This document shows, in pieces, positions 1 through 13,111 of a stretch of 64,000 nt of DNA. Origin of the DNA: Ramazzottius varieornatus. Taxonomy: Eukaryota; Animalia; Tardigrada. The notes under the pieces are model-generated. The model worked only from the letters and a program-made list of their open reading frames with translations. It searched no databases and was not told the origin of the DNA. The stretch covers positions 426,973-490,972 of the forward strand of contig BDGG01000012.1 in the NCBI GenBank assembly GCA_001949185.1, given 5' to 3'. The stretch's first letter is position 1. The number at the start of each line of letters is the position of its first letter. The position numbers were made by a program, and so were the translations under genes.

Positions 1-512
1 CTGCATTCGCTTTCCCAGAAGTGAGACCTTTGAAGGATATTGGTCAAAATCATGCTGACGCAACCTAAAACACAGCTCGAACATCAACCGCAACCCGGAA
101 GTCCCTATGTACCGTACGTTCGCGCAATCCACCTATATTTCGCCTCAAACTGTCCATCAGATCCATCCTTCATAGAAACGATAATTAAAACACAGCCAAG
201 AGGCAAGCGATAACCAGACAGTTGAGTGGTAAAGAGTATTTTTCACTTACGACAGACCGATCACGTTCCAAATGCTGAAGAAGTAAAAAATATCAGGTGT
301 GCGTGAAACTCTATAGAAAATCAAAACTTGCCAGATCAAAACCAAGATATGACAAAGGAATAAGGATAAAGGAAGTATTACAAACACACATAAAAGTAAA
401 AAAATCAACATAATTACCGAAGAAACATTTTAGGGGACCATCTTTGATAGCACAAACCTTCGCAGAAGCTGCATTATTCTTGACTGAGGGGAAACCGTGT
501 TGCTTGTATTCT

Positions 513-2496
513 TCACTCCTCCTTCTTGTTCTCATCATTCTCTTCTTCCGGGAAAGCCAGTTTAATCTCGGTCTTCTCGATTCGGTTATTAACGATCCAC
601 GGATCTTTCTTTATTTCTTCAAGCGGAATGCGGTCTTTGCCTCGGCGTTGCAGCATGGCACGAATCAACCTTTCCGGCCCAGCACTGATGAGGCGAGGGT
701 CGATCTTGTACTCACAATGACGAATCAGTTCGTGAGTCTCTTCGATGCTGGGTGGATCAGTCTCGAACGGTGGCCGACCGACCAGGAACTCGTACAACAG
801 AACACCTTTAACGGTTAAGGAAATGAATGCAACGGACAGAGAAGAAAATAAGATTGTAGTTTTCAGTAGTTTTTTTTATCCATCTCTACTGTTGTATACC
901 TGTGCACCAGATGTCAATCGTGGCGTCATAGAGGACTCTGTCAACGAGTTCTGGAGCCAAGTAGTCCGTGGTTCCACAGACCGTTCGTCTTTTACTGGAC
1001 GCAGCGTGAACGGACCAGCCAAAGTCCGCCAGCTTGATCTCCCCATACCCACCTAGAAGCAAATTTTCCGGCTTGATGTCTCTGTGGATGACTTTCTTTG
1101 CGTGGCAGTAGAGAAGGGCTTCAGTCAGTTCCGCAATGTACTATAAAGAGAACAACGTTATCTGACTTATCTCGACAGGGTGCGAGCCTGCGACCTGGTC
1201 CAGTACTCCAGTTTCCTGTCTATATGACACGACACGACATGGCATGACATAATCTGACGTAACATATAACATGACACACACATGCTATGCTTGGTAAGTT
1301 ACTGTATTCTCTCCGGAAATGGATGTACGTCACTCAATTCAAAATGTGAAACTGCAGATATGGTCGGTAGGCGGTAGCTCATACGATTGAAACAGCTGTG
1401 ACACCACAGGATTCAATCAATCCAAATCAATCCGGAGAGTTCGCATTTTGCTTGGTTCAGTTATGAAATCAGCTGTTCTTTGGATGACTCGCACAGACTA
1501 ATAGTATTTTGGCTTACCGTGTTAACCATTCTGTCTTAGCTGTCGTGTGATGTCATTTTTCTCTGTGAGCTGTCTCTTACTGTAGTTTGACTCCATAAAA
1601 CGGCTACTAAAGCTGTCCGTAAATACGTCAAGATCTGACGCCATGCTGGCTTTGTGTAACAGCTACGCTAACACTCTAGTGAACCAGATATCAGTGACGT
1701 ACATCCATTTCCGGAGAGAATACAGTAAGTTAAGTACAGTACACGTGTACTGTACGCAGTACGAGATGATTGTCTGAGTTGATTGTTGATAAAACAAAAA
1801 CAAACTTCCTCCTTGACCACTTCATCTGTAATGTCTCGATAGTTTCTCACACTTGCGCTTTCTGCTTCCGTGAAACGTCCTCGTCGACGCAACAGTCGGA
1901 AGAGTTCTCCATTAGGAGCATACTCCAGGATGAGGTAGATGCGAGACTCGTCCCAAAAGTATCCATACATGAGTAGAATGTTGGGATGATTGAGGCGGGC
2001 GTTGATCTCAATCTCCCTGCGGATGGACTGCTCCATCTTCTGATTCTGCAGCTCTTTCTTGAACAGAACCTTCAGCGCCACGATGAGTTTTTCCTTCTTT
2101 GTGCGAGCTAGGTAGACCCGGCCGAAAGCCCCGCGTCCAAGCGGCTTTCCAATGTCGAAGCGATCGAGCGTCCATGTTGGTGCCTCCGGTCGCGATATCG
2201 GCTGAACTACAGCGGCGCTAGCGGGAGTCTGTAAAGCAGCTGAAGCCACTGAAGAGGTGACTGTATACTGAGCTCGGGAGACGGATCGGGTGACCCGCTT
2301 TGAGGATGGTTCGACATCTAAAACAAGAAAATCGTGATCGACGCTAATTATTTTTCCGAACCATTTCCTCGTTTTTTTTATTCGTCTCCTGTATTCATAA
2401 AGTCTTCGTTATTTTCGTGCACTCGGGCGTAGAACCAGAGCTAACTTAGCTTGGTTACAGGGATGGTGAAAGTACTAGCTTACCTGAAGCGCTCAT
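513..2496 (-). CDS. AURKA: Aurora serine/threonine kinase (Aurora-A-like), 4 coding exons (~2496-2484, 2317-1852, 1141-899, ~805-513)
   Basis: [89 protein letters not shown] carries the Gly typical of Aurora A (Asn in Aurora B). GT-AG junctions keep frame. Confidence 0.93.
1302..1725. mobile_element. 424-bp MITE (Tc1/mariner-pogo-like ends) in Aurora intron 2
   Basis: Perfect 33-bp TIR CTGTATTCTCTCCGGAAATGGATGTACGTCACT (1302-1334 / 1693-1725). TA on both sides, extending to TAAGTTA on both flanks. Confidence 0.88.
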
Positions 2497-3103
2497 CTTG
2501 CCCGGAGTGGCGCGTGCGGCTAAGATAGCTGTAGAGCAAGTCAAAGGCTTGATACGTGGCTCCGCGGAAGCAATCCAGATTATGCAGTTCAGTCGACCGC
2601 AGAAACTACCGATTTGGATCTGAGATCTCTGTCATAAACTCAAGTCCTTCACGTCGGAACGCTGTCCAAGTTGTTTTCGGGTTCAATTCCAAAATCCAAA
2701 TTCACGGATCACGACAAAGAAAGTGGCCTGGGTCGCGGGGTGACTGGATACCCACCCCCCGGGAATGGGTCGTGCCCGCCGAATTGAGCCACCCTGATTG
2801 AACCCAAGGACTGGCGGGAACCGCAACCGCTGGAGGGCCGTGGAGGCTTCGCCGCGGTCGTACGTGTCACTCGTCAGGATCCGACCTCTGAAAAGTGTAG
2901 ACTAAATTTCCGGAAACGCTGTTCGAGCACTGTCAACTAGCGTCAACAAGTGGTCGAGGGACGGTACAATGGAAGCCACTTTTCTTTCATCCAGGCATAG
3001 TGGCGGCCTGGCGGGTCTACTACTGGAGCTATGCCCGTGATCAGGGATGGGCTAAGGGCCTGACTTGGCCTGGGAATGTAATTCTGTAATTCCATATCAA
3101 TTA

Positions 3104-3248
3104 CTGTAAATATTCGCTGCGTCCGCGCAGTAGGTCATCGTACAAGTGAAGTACAGCCCCGGTCCGGTTTCACGGATTGCGCAACTCCCTACGGGGGTGC
3201 ATCGTCGCGTACGTGTACGTACTGTGCGGACGCAGCGAATATTTACAG
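3104..3248. mobile_element. 145-bp MITE with TA target-site duplication
   Basis: TIR CTGTAAATATTCGCTGCGTCCGC(G/A)CAGTA (3104-3132 / 3220-3248), flanked by TA. Confidence 0.88.
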
Positions 3249-5750
3249 TAATTATTTGAACTTTTTTTTGAATCAGTCTTTTCAAATTACCGTATTCAAG
3301 AACTACATTTAAATACAGGCTGAAAGTTCCACAGGATCATTCCATAGTTACATTTAGCCTAAATAAGATTTTATGAGAGGATAAGTGGATCATTTCTAAA
3401 TCTGGCGACTTCTGAAACAAAAGAAGGAGCACCTCTAAGATCGAAACTCAAACTGCAAACAGAGAAAGCCTGAGAAAGAAATTTTCCAAATTGTGCTTCA
3501 AAAGATATTCACGGCTCACTTTCGGGCACATGGAAAAAGTACGACAAAACAAAGGGAATTACTAGACTAATCACACGGAAGATCCGAACGAACAAATAAT
3601 GCGTGCTGCAAGTTACAGATCTGGTTTTGATGAGGATTGAACATGCAAGGATAGAGACTATTCAACCACCTTGGTTGTTATTCCGGTCATTGATCCTCTG
3701 ATTAAGTAGCATTTTCCCGTTTTAATTTCAAACACACCCTGATTGACTGGAACGGCTGCACGCCTGTACTCGGACCTGATTCATGCGTACGACTTCGTTC
3801 AGAAACATCCATTACGAAAATCAGAGATCTTATCAGTTGATCTTCCCCGGCGGCGGAATGATCGGGAGGTAATCTCAACTTTGTGTAACGGCCATTCGGT
3901 AGCCCTTCGAGCTGTTTGAACATTCGAAGCCAATCCGGGCTTAAATGGTCTGCGGGAGGTTCACCGTTTGGAAAACCTCGGGGTTTTATCGTTGGCGAAA
4001 CAAAGCTCAGGCTGCTAGGGTAGCGTCCATCGGTACTTGGAAGTGCAGGGCGCAAGAGAAAAAGTAGTATTGCAATCGTGGTGGTTTATCTCAGCCCACT
4101 CTCTTCCCGCGTGCGATCGGAGGACGCTGCGAAAAAGACACACATCGCTGCACATTCCTGCGTTAAACTGCTCAGCTGGCGTCCTGCGCTTGAATTTGTT
4201 CTATTGTTGCTGGTTTGAGCCTGTGGGCATGAGTTCAGAACCCAAATAATTGTACGTTTTAGTGTAGCGAATAGTAAAATTTCTGGATAATCCGTTTTTT
4301 CAACTCTCACACAACTTATCATTCCTAGCACTCTCGTTCGGATCTTTCTGGTACGTTGTTTCGCCTTGGAAGTTGTGCGGTATGCACGGTCTTAGCTTAA
4401 CTGTTTCATGATGAATAATACACGCCCGATGGATAATTATGGGACAGTAAATATCACGGGACAGACCTTGTCGCTGCGGTGGTACGGGAACATGTGCGTA
4501 CACGACTGATTCACACTAATGTACTTTTCAACATTTTTCTACGGTTGTAGTTCCATTTTACCGTCCTTTCCGCCTGTCCCATAACTTTACTGTCTTTTAA
4601 TTACCCATCGTGCACGTACAGAGCACTGAAAGCATTAGAGAAAGCGTATATACGTAAATACAACCTGAAGCGTAAAGCGTAGTGAGAGCGTGATAACTGA
4701 CGTAGTTTATTTGCGGAGAAACTGAGCCGTGGCATCTGTCATGTCGTGCGGTGTCTCGAGCTCGCTCAGACTGTGCAGTTAGAATCAACAATCAAAGAAG
4801 GCGTACGCCATTATTGACCGAGGGACCGGAGTGCCGCGCGACCCAACATGAATCTGTACGAAAACGGAAAATTTTAGTCATGCGAGGAAACGCTACCGCT
4901 GTACCAGAAGGACATGCTTGAGAACTGGAAGTCGGTGGATCGACTCATGCTCGGCCTTTTTTTCATATTTATTACTGGTATTAATTGTAATTCCCACCCC
5001 AATGAGCTTTCCCCGGTCTTCCCAGGCAGACGTTCCCGGTCTTCATGTTTGGGCGGAAATTTCCCGATACTGTAATTCTGGACTCGTTTTGGTGGAAATA
5101 TTCCCGACATTCCCGGCCTTAGTCCAGATGTGCCCGTGATACATCAAACTTCAGCCACCGAACCACATTCAGCAAACTTAGTCCAGAGGTTGATACGACG
5201 CTCGAGCAGAGCATAAAATTGGATCAGCGTAGGAATGAGCAAATTGAAAGGGAGCACGTGGACGGAGCCGAACCGACTGCATCCACTAATGTGCTCGGTG
5301 CTTAATTTACGAGTTAGGCATATGGGCCGTTACTCGAGTGCATAAGAAATCCGAGTAACGTTCCAACTAGGCTTTTCTGTGGGTATTACTTCCCAAAAGT
5401 TGTTGAAAACCTCTGATTTGCTTTCAAGACGTTCCACCGAGGTGCCAACTGCTCCTCTAACTGCATCTGTCAGGGTTAAACGTCGGTTATTAATTATGCG
5501 TCAAACTGCAGCAACCACTGCACGCTTGGCTGTGACTTCGTCAACCTAGAAAACAACGAAAATCTCAGTTTGACCGTGGGTGTAACTGTTGGTTTCGAAA
5601 GTTCGATAAGACTGCTACTTCAACTGTGACTTTTGCCACAGCAAGAACTGTGTCTCTAACTGTGGCTTTTGCCACTTTTTGGATTCTACTTTGCCTTTAA
5701 CTGCTGCTATTCGTATCGAGATTCACTTGAGCTTTAAGCAGTCGCAACTG

Positions 5751-6270
5751 TAGAGTAGGGAATTGGATCGCGCGGCGGGTCCACGCGGAAGCNNNNNNNN
5801 NNNNNNNNNNNNNNNNNNNNNNNNNNNNNNNNNNNNNNNNNNCTTCCGCCCTGGAATCTGCTGAAATTGTTACCGCTTGGACTCGCTTAGTATTTGATGT
5901 GACTGTTTTCCGCATGAATGTTTAAAAGTAAACCTTATTGCGTCACATTGCGAACAATCTATATGATAGGCAACCACAGGAAACTGTTGTCCTATGCACA
6001 GTTGGGTTTCTTTGTACTGTAACATCCATGAGTTGAATGTTATAAACGCAATTTCGGCAATGTATTCCTTAAATTCGTTGCTTCTGAATTCAGACTCGTT
6101 TACCTTGCCCGAAGTACCGCTCACTTCCGTTTTCGCGTCGGCATTAAAGGTTTACCGCCCGCTTTCGTCTTGAGATTACCAAAATTTATTCCGCACAGTC
6201 CAGCGTGGACAAGAAAATTTTGTGAAATTCTGGTTTCCGCCAAGGAAAAGTTGAGCGGTTCCCTACTCTA
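5751..6270. mobile_element. Putative ~520-bp non-autonomous TIR element spanning an assembly gap
   Basis: 12-bp inverted ends TAGAGTAGGGAA (5751) / TTCCCTACTCTA (6259-6270). Related pieces (GGATCGCGYGGCGGGTC, TAGAGTAAGGAA) recur at ~6415-6460. Confidence 0.45.
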
Positions 6271-6881
6271 TGGAACTGGAAATCACTTTTTCCGTTGCTG
6301 TATCAAGACTGGAAACTTCGTGTGATTTGACATCGCATCTTACCAAAAAGTCATTAATTACGAAAATTGATGGAGGATTTGCAAAACCTTCCGGAGAAGT
6401 TACGCTAATCGGCTGGATCGCGTGGCGGGTCTCAACCTCAGCCGATTAGAGTAAGGAATGGGAGGGTCCAAAGTCTTACGCTACTCGGATTTCTTGCGCT
6501 GCTCGAGTTCCGTATCAACCTCTCTAGTTACGAGTGGCTCGATTGCACCTTCAGTACACGGTACGGTGATTATGACAAGTAATATTTTCTTCCCCAATAG
6601 AAAGTCAAACCCTACTGTACAGTGCCGAGCAAAAAATCTCAACCAGCAACGTGCCTATAAACGAGGTCTTCAAAAAGAAAGTATCAAAACAAACATTTCA
6701 AATGTCGGACGTAAAACCCACAGTATGGCAAAGCATAGACTCCAAAGAAAGAGCCGTACAGAAGCACAAAAGATATGTTCAGAAGTAGACAGAAAGACAC
6801 AAGTAATAGAGCGGACTGAAGGGAGGAGAATCGAGCAGTCCAGTTCATAATCAGATCTTCGGGTTGCAGGAACCAGCAACT

Positions 6882-7997
6882 TCACGTTTCCATGTCAGTC
6901 TGAGTACCAACTTCCACGCGCGCGTCCTCCTTGTCCATTTGCTGAAGAGATATGTAACCGATTTTGCAAATTGAACGAATACTTCGAGCACCGCAACTGA
7001 ACAATCACGATAAGATAAATGTGACCAACCTCCCGTAGAACGTCGGCAATCAGCGCTGCGTCATCCAACGCTTCCTTCATTTGCCGATTGACTGACTTCA
7101 GTGCATCTAGTTCTTCCCAGACCTGAAACACTTTTCGCTGTGAAATGGACTTGCAACTACTGTATAAGCAGACCGACCAGCCACAATCCAAATGCCACCG
7201 TTACCGTAAGAGTATGTGGAAAGTAAAATAAAATATTCGTGCCTCCTCAGCAGCAGCTGAACTCACCATTCTATTCTCTTCCAGCGCGATTTCTAGTTTC
7301 TTCCGAAGATTTTCCGCTTCGACTTGCCAGTAGCTCTGAGAACGCGATTCTAGACGAAGCAATTAATGAGCTAAGTACTTGACATCCCTCAAGAAGATAG
7401 ATCTATTGAGAATGCAAGACGGAAAAAAGTAGAATTTCGTGTTCTAAGTTGCAACAACCAGACAAAACAATGCTTACCTGTCACAGCTTTGGACTCCGGA
7501 AGGATAAGTGCCGAGCTCACTTCTTCGATGTGTCCAGCGTTAACTTCTACTGATGTGGAGGGTTGGGCGGAAGTTGAGAGCAGCTTGTCGTCAGCAACAT
7601 CTTCGTGAATGGTGAATGGCTTGCTTCCGCTAGCGATATTTCGACGCTTCTTCGTGGAAGCAGGTTCAAGGGAGCTATCGGACTTGCTGCGACCGGAAAC
7701 ATTCCCAATAACAATCTGAAAATGACGTGAAAACGGTCAGAAGTGCGAATGTTAATTTATACGTTAACTTTACAACAGTTACTCACCTTCTCCTTTTTTG
7801 ATAATGTCGTCTTCGACAGCTGCTCCTGCTTGTTGGGCTTTCCTGCCAGGTGAGAGCCTTCACTTGTGGGTTCTGCAATATTCAGAGCTCGATTCTTGAT
7901 CTGCGAAAACATCAAAAACATGGGAATCAAGTTTCGACCGACATCTAGGACGAGTTGCTTCCAGAATTCGTGACGGTCATAAGCTCTGACTTACCAT
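6882..7997 (-). CDS. GMNN: Geminin-like replication licensing inhibitor, 6 coding exons (ATG-only first exon; ~7900-7788, 7715-7478, 7349-7268, 7122-7030, 6941-6882)
   Basis: Spliced product MIKNRALNIAEP...SQSYWQVEAENLRKKLEIALEENRMVWEELDALKSVNRQMKEALDDAALIADVLRE. It matches the geminin coiled-coil signature YWxxxAExxRxxLxxAL.EN and has an N-terminal D-box-like segment. Largely missed by the ORF track because the exons are short. Confidence 0.8.
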
Positions 7998-9240
7998 TTT
8001 CGCGACGTTTCTGGCAGCGCCGCAGCGGGCCCTTGATGCCTTATTCCAATCTACTGAATACGTTCCACAGTAAGTAATAATACGGAAAAGGCTATGAATC
8101 CTGGAGGACGGGAAGGATTTACAGAAATCCGAATTCCGAAGATGGAGGAAAATAACTTGGGAAGTTCGTCAACAGTCGACAGCGACCGCGTGCTGCGGGC
8201 GGCTGATTACTTGATCAGCTTTCCGCAATTTTTTTCTCCATTCTAACAATTGGCTTGAGCCAGCTCGGTAGAAATGCACGGCCAGATCAAGTCTGTCGTT
8301 CAGGAAAAGCCCGTTGACTTGTAACGTAGATCGACAGATTTCTGTTGTCCTCGGCATCTGGTCTTGGCGGTGTTTTGGTGAGCCACACGGTAGAAGAGTG
8401 TAAAGTGTAAACCTGAGCGTGCTGCTGGGTGCCAGGGGCCAACAGAACGCCCCTTATGGGCTGCCTTCTGCTGCTATATGACATGACCAGAGAACCTCGT
8501 CTCAAAATATGACAACACACCATGACCGATGTGCATACTTTCGAGGTAGAAAACGTAAGTCGGGCATAGTAATTTTCGCATCATAATTCAGGTATATTTT
8601 TTCTGATGAGCTTCCGCTGCATGTGATCACGTGCTTGTTGTTCCAGAGGTAGATCAATGTTTTTCCTAAAGGTTCGAACCTTGGGAACGATGAAATATTG
8701 TAGGTCGGAGGAATCTGTCGAGAGGGAGAGACGGGTCTGCCCAATGTAAAAAAGCCCGAAGCTGTATCAACAAGTGTGAGATGAGACTTCAATCAAGCGA
8801 CGATAATATAGCTTAAACTTTTCTCACTGCCCGAACTATCGTGCGAAAATCGCTATGCCCAAATTATGTCCTGTACCCCGTATCAACATTTTGCGGAGCG
8901 CTTTTCCATTGATTGCTTGAAATGTGCCGACGGTAGTCTCAGCGAGACTACAGGAGAGCTTTAACTCTGCTCACATACGGGCCAGGACACTAACTGGCCA
9001 TTCACCCCAGCTGGTGACTGTAAACGGTGACGCATGAACCACGTGATGTGACGTCATATGAATGTTATGTTATATGTTATATCACATGAAATGACATATG
9101 ACACGACCAGAGAGAATTCCCAAAAAATCTGGAGAAGGTTTCCGGCCCTTCCAAAGCGCTCCATAATGCCTGACGCGGAACTTGCAGGCTCTGCGAAGGA
9201 TTTGAGAGGTTGCCACCAATTACCAAAGGTCCGACAGGAC

Positions 9241-9858
9241 TAGTGCTGGCAACGATACGGTATACCAATATCGTATCGAAATATACTGAATCTTCGCGAT
9301 AAAATATGCGGCAGATATCGTATCAAAAATGTCGATATGGAACTCGTATCGAATAATGCAATAAAATATTCGGCGATATCGTATCGCGCCATATCGATAT
9401 ATTTTCGATATATTGATATTGTGCTTAATGGCAAACTCACCAGTAATATCTCGTTTACGGAAGACCATGGTTAATTCCAAAACTTGATTTTGGCCATGGT
9501 GTACCGAGCACACTCTGCCCATTCGGTTCTGGTACTAATTCTGTCCAGGTTTCCATGTGTTTAAAGTCTTGGTATAGGCATGTCTTTGCTGCATCCGACG
9601 CTTTCGATCTCACTAATACTTTATGTGGAATTCGGCTTCTTGAGTTTTTGGGCTTGAATCAGTGGAACTCCGAAAAACTAAAATTCCAGAAATATTGATA
9701 TATCGCTGCGATATCATACGATACATCGAAAATACGGTAACGGAAAAGTATCGTATCGTAATTACGATATCGAATGAACATCGAAGACCGCGATAAATTC
9801 GCCGACATTTTATCGAAAAATATCGTATCGAAGTATATCGTATTTTTGCCCGCACTGG
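9241..9858. mobile_element. ~620-bp hAT-like MITE with subterminal ATATCG/CGATA arrays
   Basis: Imperfect TIRs TAGTGCTGGCAACGATACG / CGTATTTTTGCCCGCACTG. Dense ATATCG/CGATAT motifs at both ends (9253-9420, 9695-9845). No TSD recognised. Confidence 0.7.
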
Positions 9859-10623
9859 GAACGGCCGAACAGAAATTCGCGGGGCGGCACCCTAACGGGT
9901 ACTGTTGCCGTCGAGGGAGGCTAAACGGGAAGAAAACAGGAATTGGGATGATGGCAGCGCGTATCCCAAGTTCCTAACCATTGGATTACTCCCCTGTGAC
10001 TTAGAATGCAATGCAATATCCTTATCTCCTTCGTTTGTGACCTACTTTAGCTTCTCCTCAGTCACATTCCATTCACAAGCCTATCTCCACTAATGGTGTA
10101 CTTTGCCCTTCACAAAGCTCAGCCGAGGGGTTCAAACACAAACCTACGAACAAAACCAGCTCCGCAACGACAGCTCGTGCCCAAAAATCCTATGTTAGAC
10201 CACTTGAAATCATTTGACATCGGTTAACATGGGGTATCAAGTCGCTGGCAAGGTTAAGCTCTGCGAGTATTACGTAATAGCCTTACACTAGAGAGGTTGA
10301 TATTTGACTTGATGAGTGTTTAGCAAAGATTTAGCACAGCGATGAGCCAATCGGAATAGACCACGGAGGCGGGCTTGAACCGATTGAACCCACTATTCTA
10401 TGCAAGCTCTGAACTTTGCATAGCGCATACGGGACGCCATTCCGATGTTTAGTGGAGCTTGCATTGCAATTCAGCTATTTCTCTCCGGGGCATAAATTAC
10501 TGTCGGTAACACGAAGGGTAAATTTTCACCTCGTCTACTCTCCGGAAAGACTTCGAAATTTTCGAACGGAAACTTTAAAAATTTTTCTGTGTATTTCCAT
10601 AGTTTTTGATATCAGTGATAACG

Positions 10624-11401
10624 ATGGAAAAGTCGATCGCTGTCGATGGGTCAGACGCTCATGACCTGTCTATAGCAGAAACTTCCAGCTCAGGTAAACC
10701 ACGGAGGGACTTCAGTCTGGAAGAAGAGATTGCTTTAACGAAATCGAGGAGAAGAAGCCGAAATTTAATACCGCTCAGGCCGGCTGGAAAGATGTCAAGA
10801 TCGCTATAGACACCTTCAACGGATTCCAGCGAGAAGTGCGATGCTACAAGCTTCACTACAATAACTTACTGAAGAAGTTTCAAGCCAACGACAACAAAGC
10901 AAGATGGAAGAGTGGATCGAAAGAAAGTGTCACCAAGCTAAAGGTGGACCTGGCGAATTTGGTCGCGTTACAGCGTGACGCTGACATCGAAAACGCTGCT
11001 ACGGACGAGAAGATCGTTCCTTCCACCTGCGCTAGGCCAGCTTCAGCTCATGCTTTCAAGGAGAAGCGACTACTCGAGGACAACGAGAAAAGGAAGGAGA
11101 CCGACAGAAGGCCATGGAAATCTATAGCAGGAAGAAGGCAGATAACTATGGCTCTACTCATGATGACTCTTCAACCGAAAGGGATAGCTGCTCGGAAAGC
11201 TCGAGGAAGATGAAGAAAAAGAAGGTAGATATTGAAGCTGCCATTTTACGCAAATGGAAATGGGAAAGCAGACTAGAGGAGAGAAGGATCAGGCTGGAGG
11301 AGAGTAAGTTGGAGATACGGCGGAAAGAATTGGAGACACGTGAGAAAAAGCTCGCCGTAGGTACAAATGCTACCCAAATGTTGCCTCGATTGGATGATTA
11401 G
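10624..11401 (+). pseudogene. Frameshifted Myb/SANT-like DNA-binding ORF of the transposon
   Basis: Three overlapping frames join: RRDFSLEEEIAL.. / ..REVRCYKLHYNNLLKKFQANDNKARWKSG.. / ..RLEERRIRLEESKLEIRRKELE. This is the trihelix plus C-terminal charged coiled-coil layout of Harbinger DNA-binding proteins. Confidence 0.6.
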
Positions 11402-11443
11402 ATGCATTTTTCAGTGTGTTATGGTGAAGCTAACGATACCGTC

Positions 11444-11692
11444 AACTGTAGCTTTATGTACAACCTTGTGGAATTCTACGTGCTGTCACTGCTGTGAGTC
11501 CTTTAACTGTAGCCTTGGTACTGGGCTCTACTTTGAGGTTAACTGCAGCTTTACACTGTATGCTCAACTGCAGCTTTGCACTGTATGCTCAACTGCAGCT
11601 TTATTCCCAGTCTCAATGTAAAAGTCAACTGTAACCTTGTGCTACTTAAAGACAGCATAAGATATTAACTGTAGCCTGCAGTGTAGCTTTTA
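11444..11692. repeat. Degenerate AACTGYAGCTTT short repeat array between the two transposon ORFs
   Basis: About 8 copies of (T/C)AACTG(T/C)AGC(T/C)TT, including a near-exact ~25-bp tandem unit at ~11540-11605. Confidence 0.65.
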
Positions 11693-11853
11693 ATCTGGGC
11701 ACATCAATGATCCGAATGGTAGGTTTAGCATGTTTATTGCAGGTCCAGGTGGAATGTTGAATTGTCACAGACGAGAGAAGCCAACACTAGATCAAAGGAC
11801 GTTTCTGAAACGCACTCTACTGAGCACTAGAACCAAATTACAAGTTTCTTCAC

Positions 11854-12638
11854 CTAAATCTTTCGATCAAGAAAGGATGTCCAGGGAAATCTGGAAATAC
11901 AGAAGGCACGATTTGTCAAAATACAGAGTGACGTCAAACGTAGAACACATGCACTCACGTTCTTGCATAATGTCCACGGCGGTGTTCGTTGGCCGAACTC
12001 GACGAAGCCTGTTTTCGTCACCGTTTCCGTTCCCTGAGATGACAGGAACGTTAATCCCAGCGAACTCTGCTGCTTGTGCGAAGCGAGTCGAATATTGAGC
12101 CCGACACTAGTGGCCAGACTGTGGACTGTTTTTTGGTCCACTGATCCTTCTCCTGTTCTTCCAAATTCTCCTTGAGCCAATGACGAAACAAGCAGTCGAT
12201 GGCGTCATCACGATCTACGTCGGTTGACGCGTCAAGCTCAAACATTTCCAGAAGCCTAAGTGACGAAAGGTTAGGAAGTCTATCTGCGCTGCGAAACGTA
12301 CTCAGTCAACACCGTCAATCAATGTATGTACAGCAGATAGGCTTACCATGTTTTCGTCACTTTCGCGTTGAGACGCTTGAACCGCTTTGAAGCAAGCGGA
12401 GGTGGGACGTTCTCTTCTCCGGGGATAGTTTGAGCAGTAGCAGTGGGAAGAGGCAAAACAGGCGAAGGTGGGGAAGGACTATCGGTGGAGAAGGCGAACG
12501 TACAGGGCTGACAGCTGAGGCCGGCTCAACAGAGGTTGTACCTTGCTTCTTCTTCTTGGGCTCTTTCTTGTTCTTAGAAGGGACCGTTGTCGAACTTTCT
12601 CTGGGAAGCTTAAGGACAGGACCATTACGGAGAGGCAT
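11854..12638 (-). pseudogene. Decayed second ORF of the transposon, function unknown
   Basis: ORF fragments MPLRNGPVLKLP..KKEPKKKKQ (NLS-like) and MFELDASTDVDRDDAIDCLFRHWLKE, broken by stops and frameshifts. No DDE motif recognisable. Confidence 0.35.
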
Positions 12639-13111
12639 GGTGTATAGCTACAATCTTCGAGGAAAACTACACAGTGAAAGACTGAAAGTAGGGCAAACCT
12701 ACAGTTGGGCAAACCTAATGGTGAGGCGAAAAATAACATTAAAAATTTATCGAACGCGTGCGTACGTGAGGTATGCTAATCACGAGTTTGCGTAGTGCAA
12801 GTCGCAACCTCTGCTGGTTTAGTGCAGCCAGGGGGCGGAGCTTGCTCACTGTGCTAAACCTGTGCTAAACACTGATCAAGTCAAATATCAACCTCTCTAC
12901 TGTATCAGCGGCAACAAATCAAAACCCATGACGTCAACTTGTGAAAGAGTTTCTTCGGTCCACTTGTTCTTCGGTCGACCCCTTCAGTTCTTCCAGAATC
13001 CAGATTATTCTCACGTCTTTTATTCGTGCGAGTATTCGTGAGGATACTGAGAAGATGTTTATACGTTTCGCCCGGAACTAGAGGAAGGAATATCGGAGGA
13101 CGCATTGTAAA

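Larger units (their letters stand above)
10290..12898. mobile_element. 2.6-kb DNA transposon, PIF/Harbinger-like, apparently lacking a transposase
   Basis: ~50-bp TIRs AGAGAGGTTGATATTTGACTTGAT(G/C)AGTGTTTAGCA.AG.TTTAGCACAG at 10290-10340 and 12848-12898. ACT duplicated at 10287-89 and 12899-901 (alternatively a TA duplication). Two convergent decayed ORFs inside. Confidence 0.85.

Noticed and set aside
2715-3065. GC-rich, locally foldable stretch upstream of Aurora, considered as SRP/RNase P/MRP RNA or a hammerhead ribozyme (CTGACGAG on the minus strand)
   Set aside because: No complete set of conserved motifs or supporting stems. More simply promoter or repeat DNA.
3702-5139. Short ORFs in the intergenic region
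   Set aside because: No recognisable domains or coherent splice chain. Probably decayed repeats.
8255-8460. tRNA-like or RNase P-like words (AGCTCGGTAGA, GGAAAAGCCC, ACAGAACGCCCCTTA)
   Set aside because: No cloverleaf or T-loop, and the putative P4 strands do not pair.
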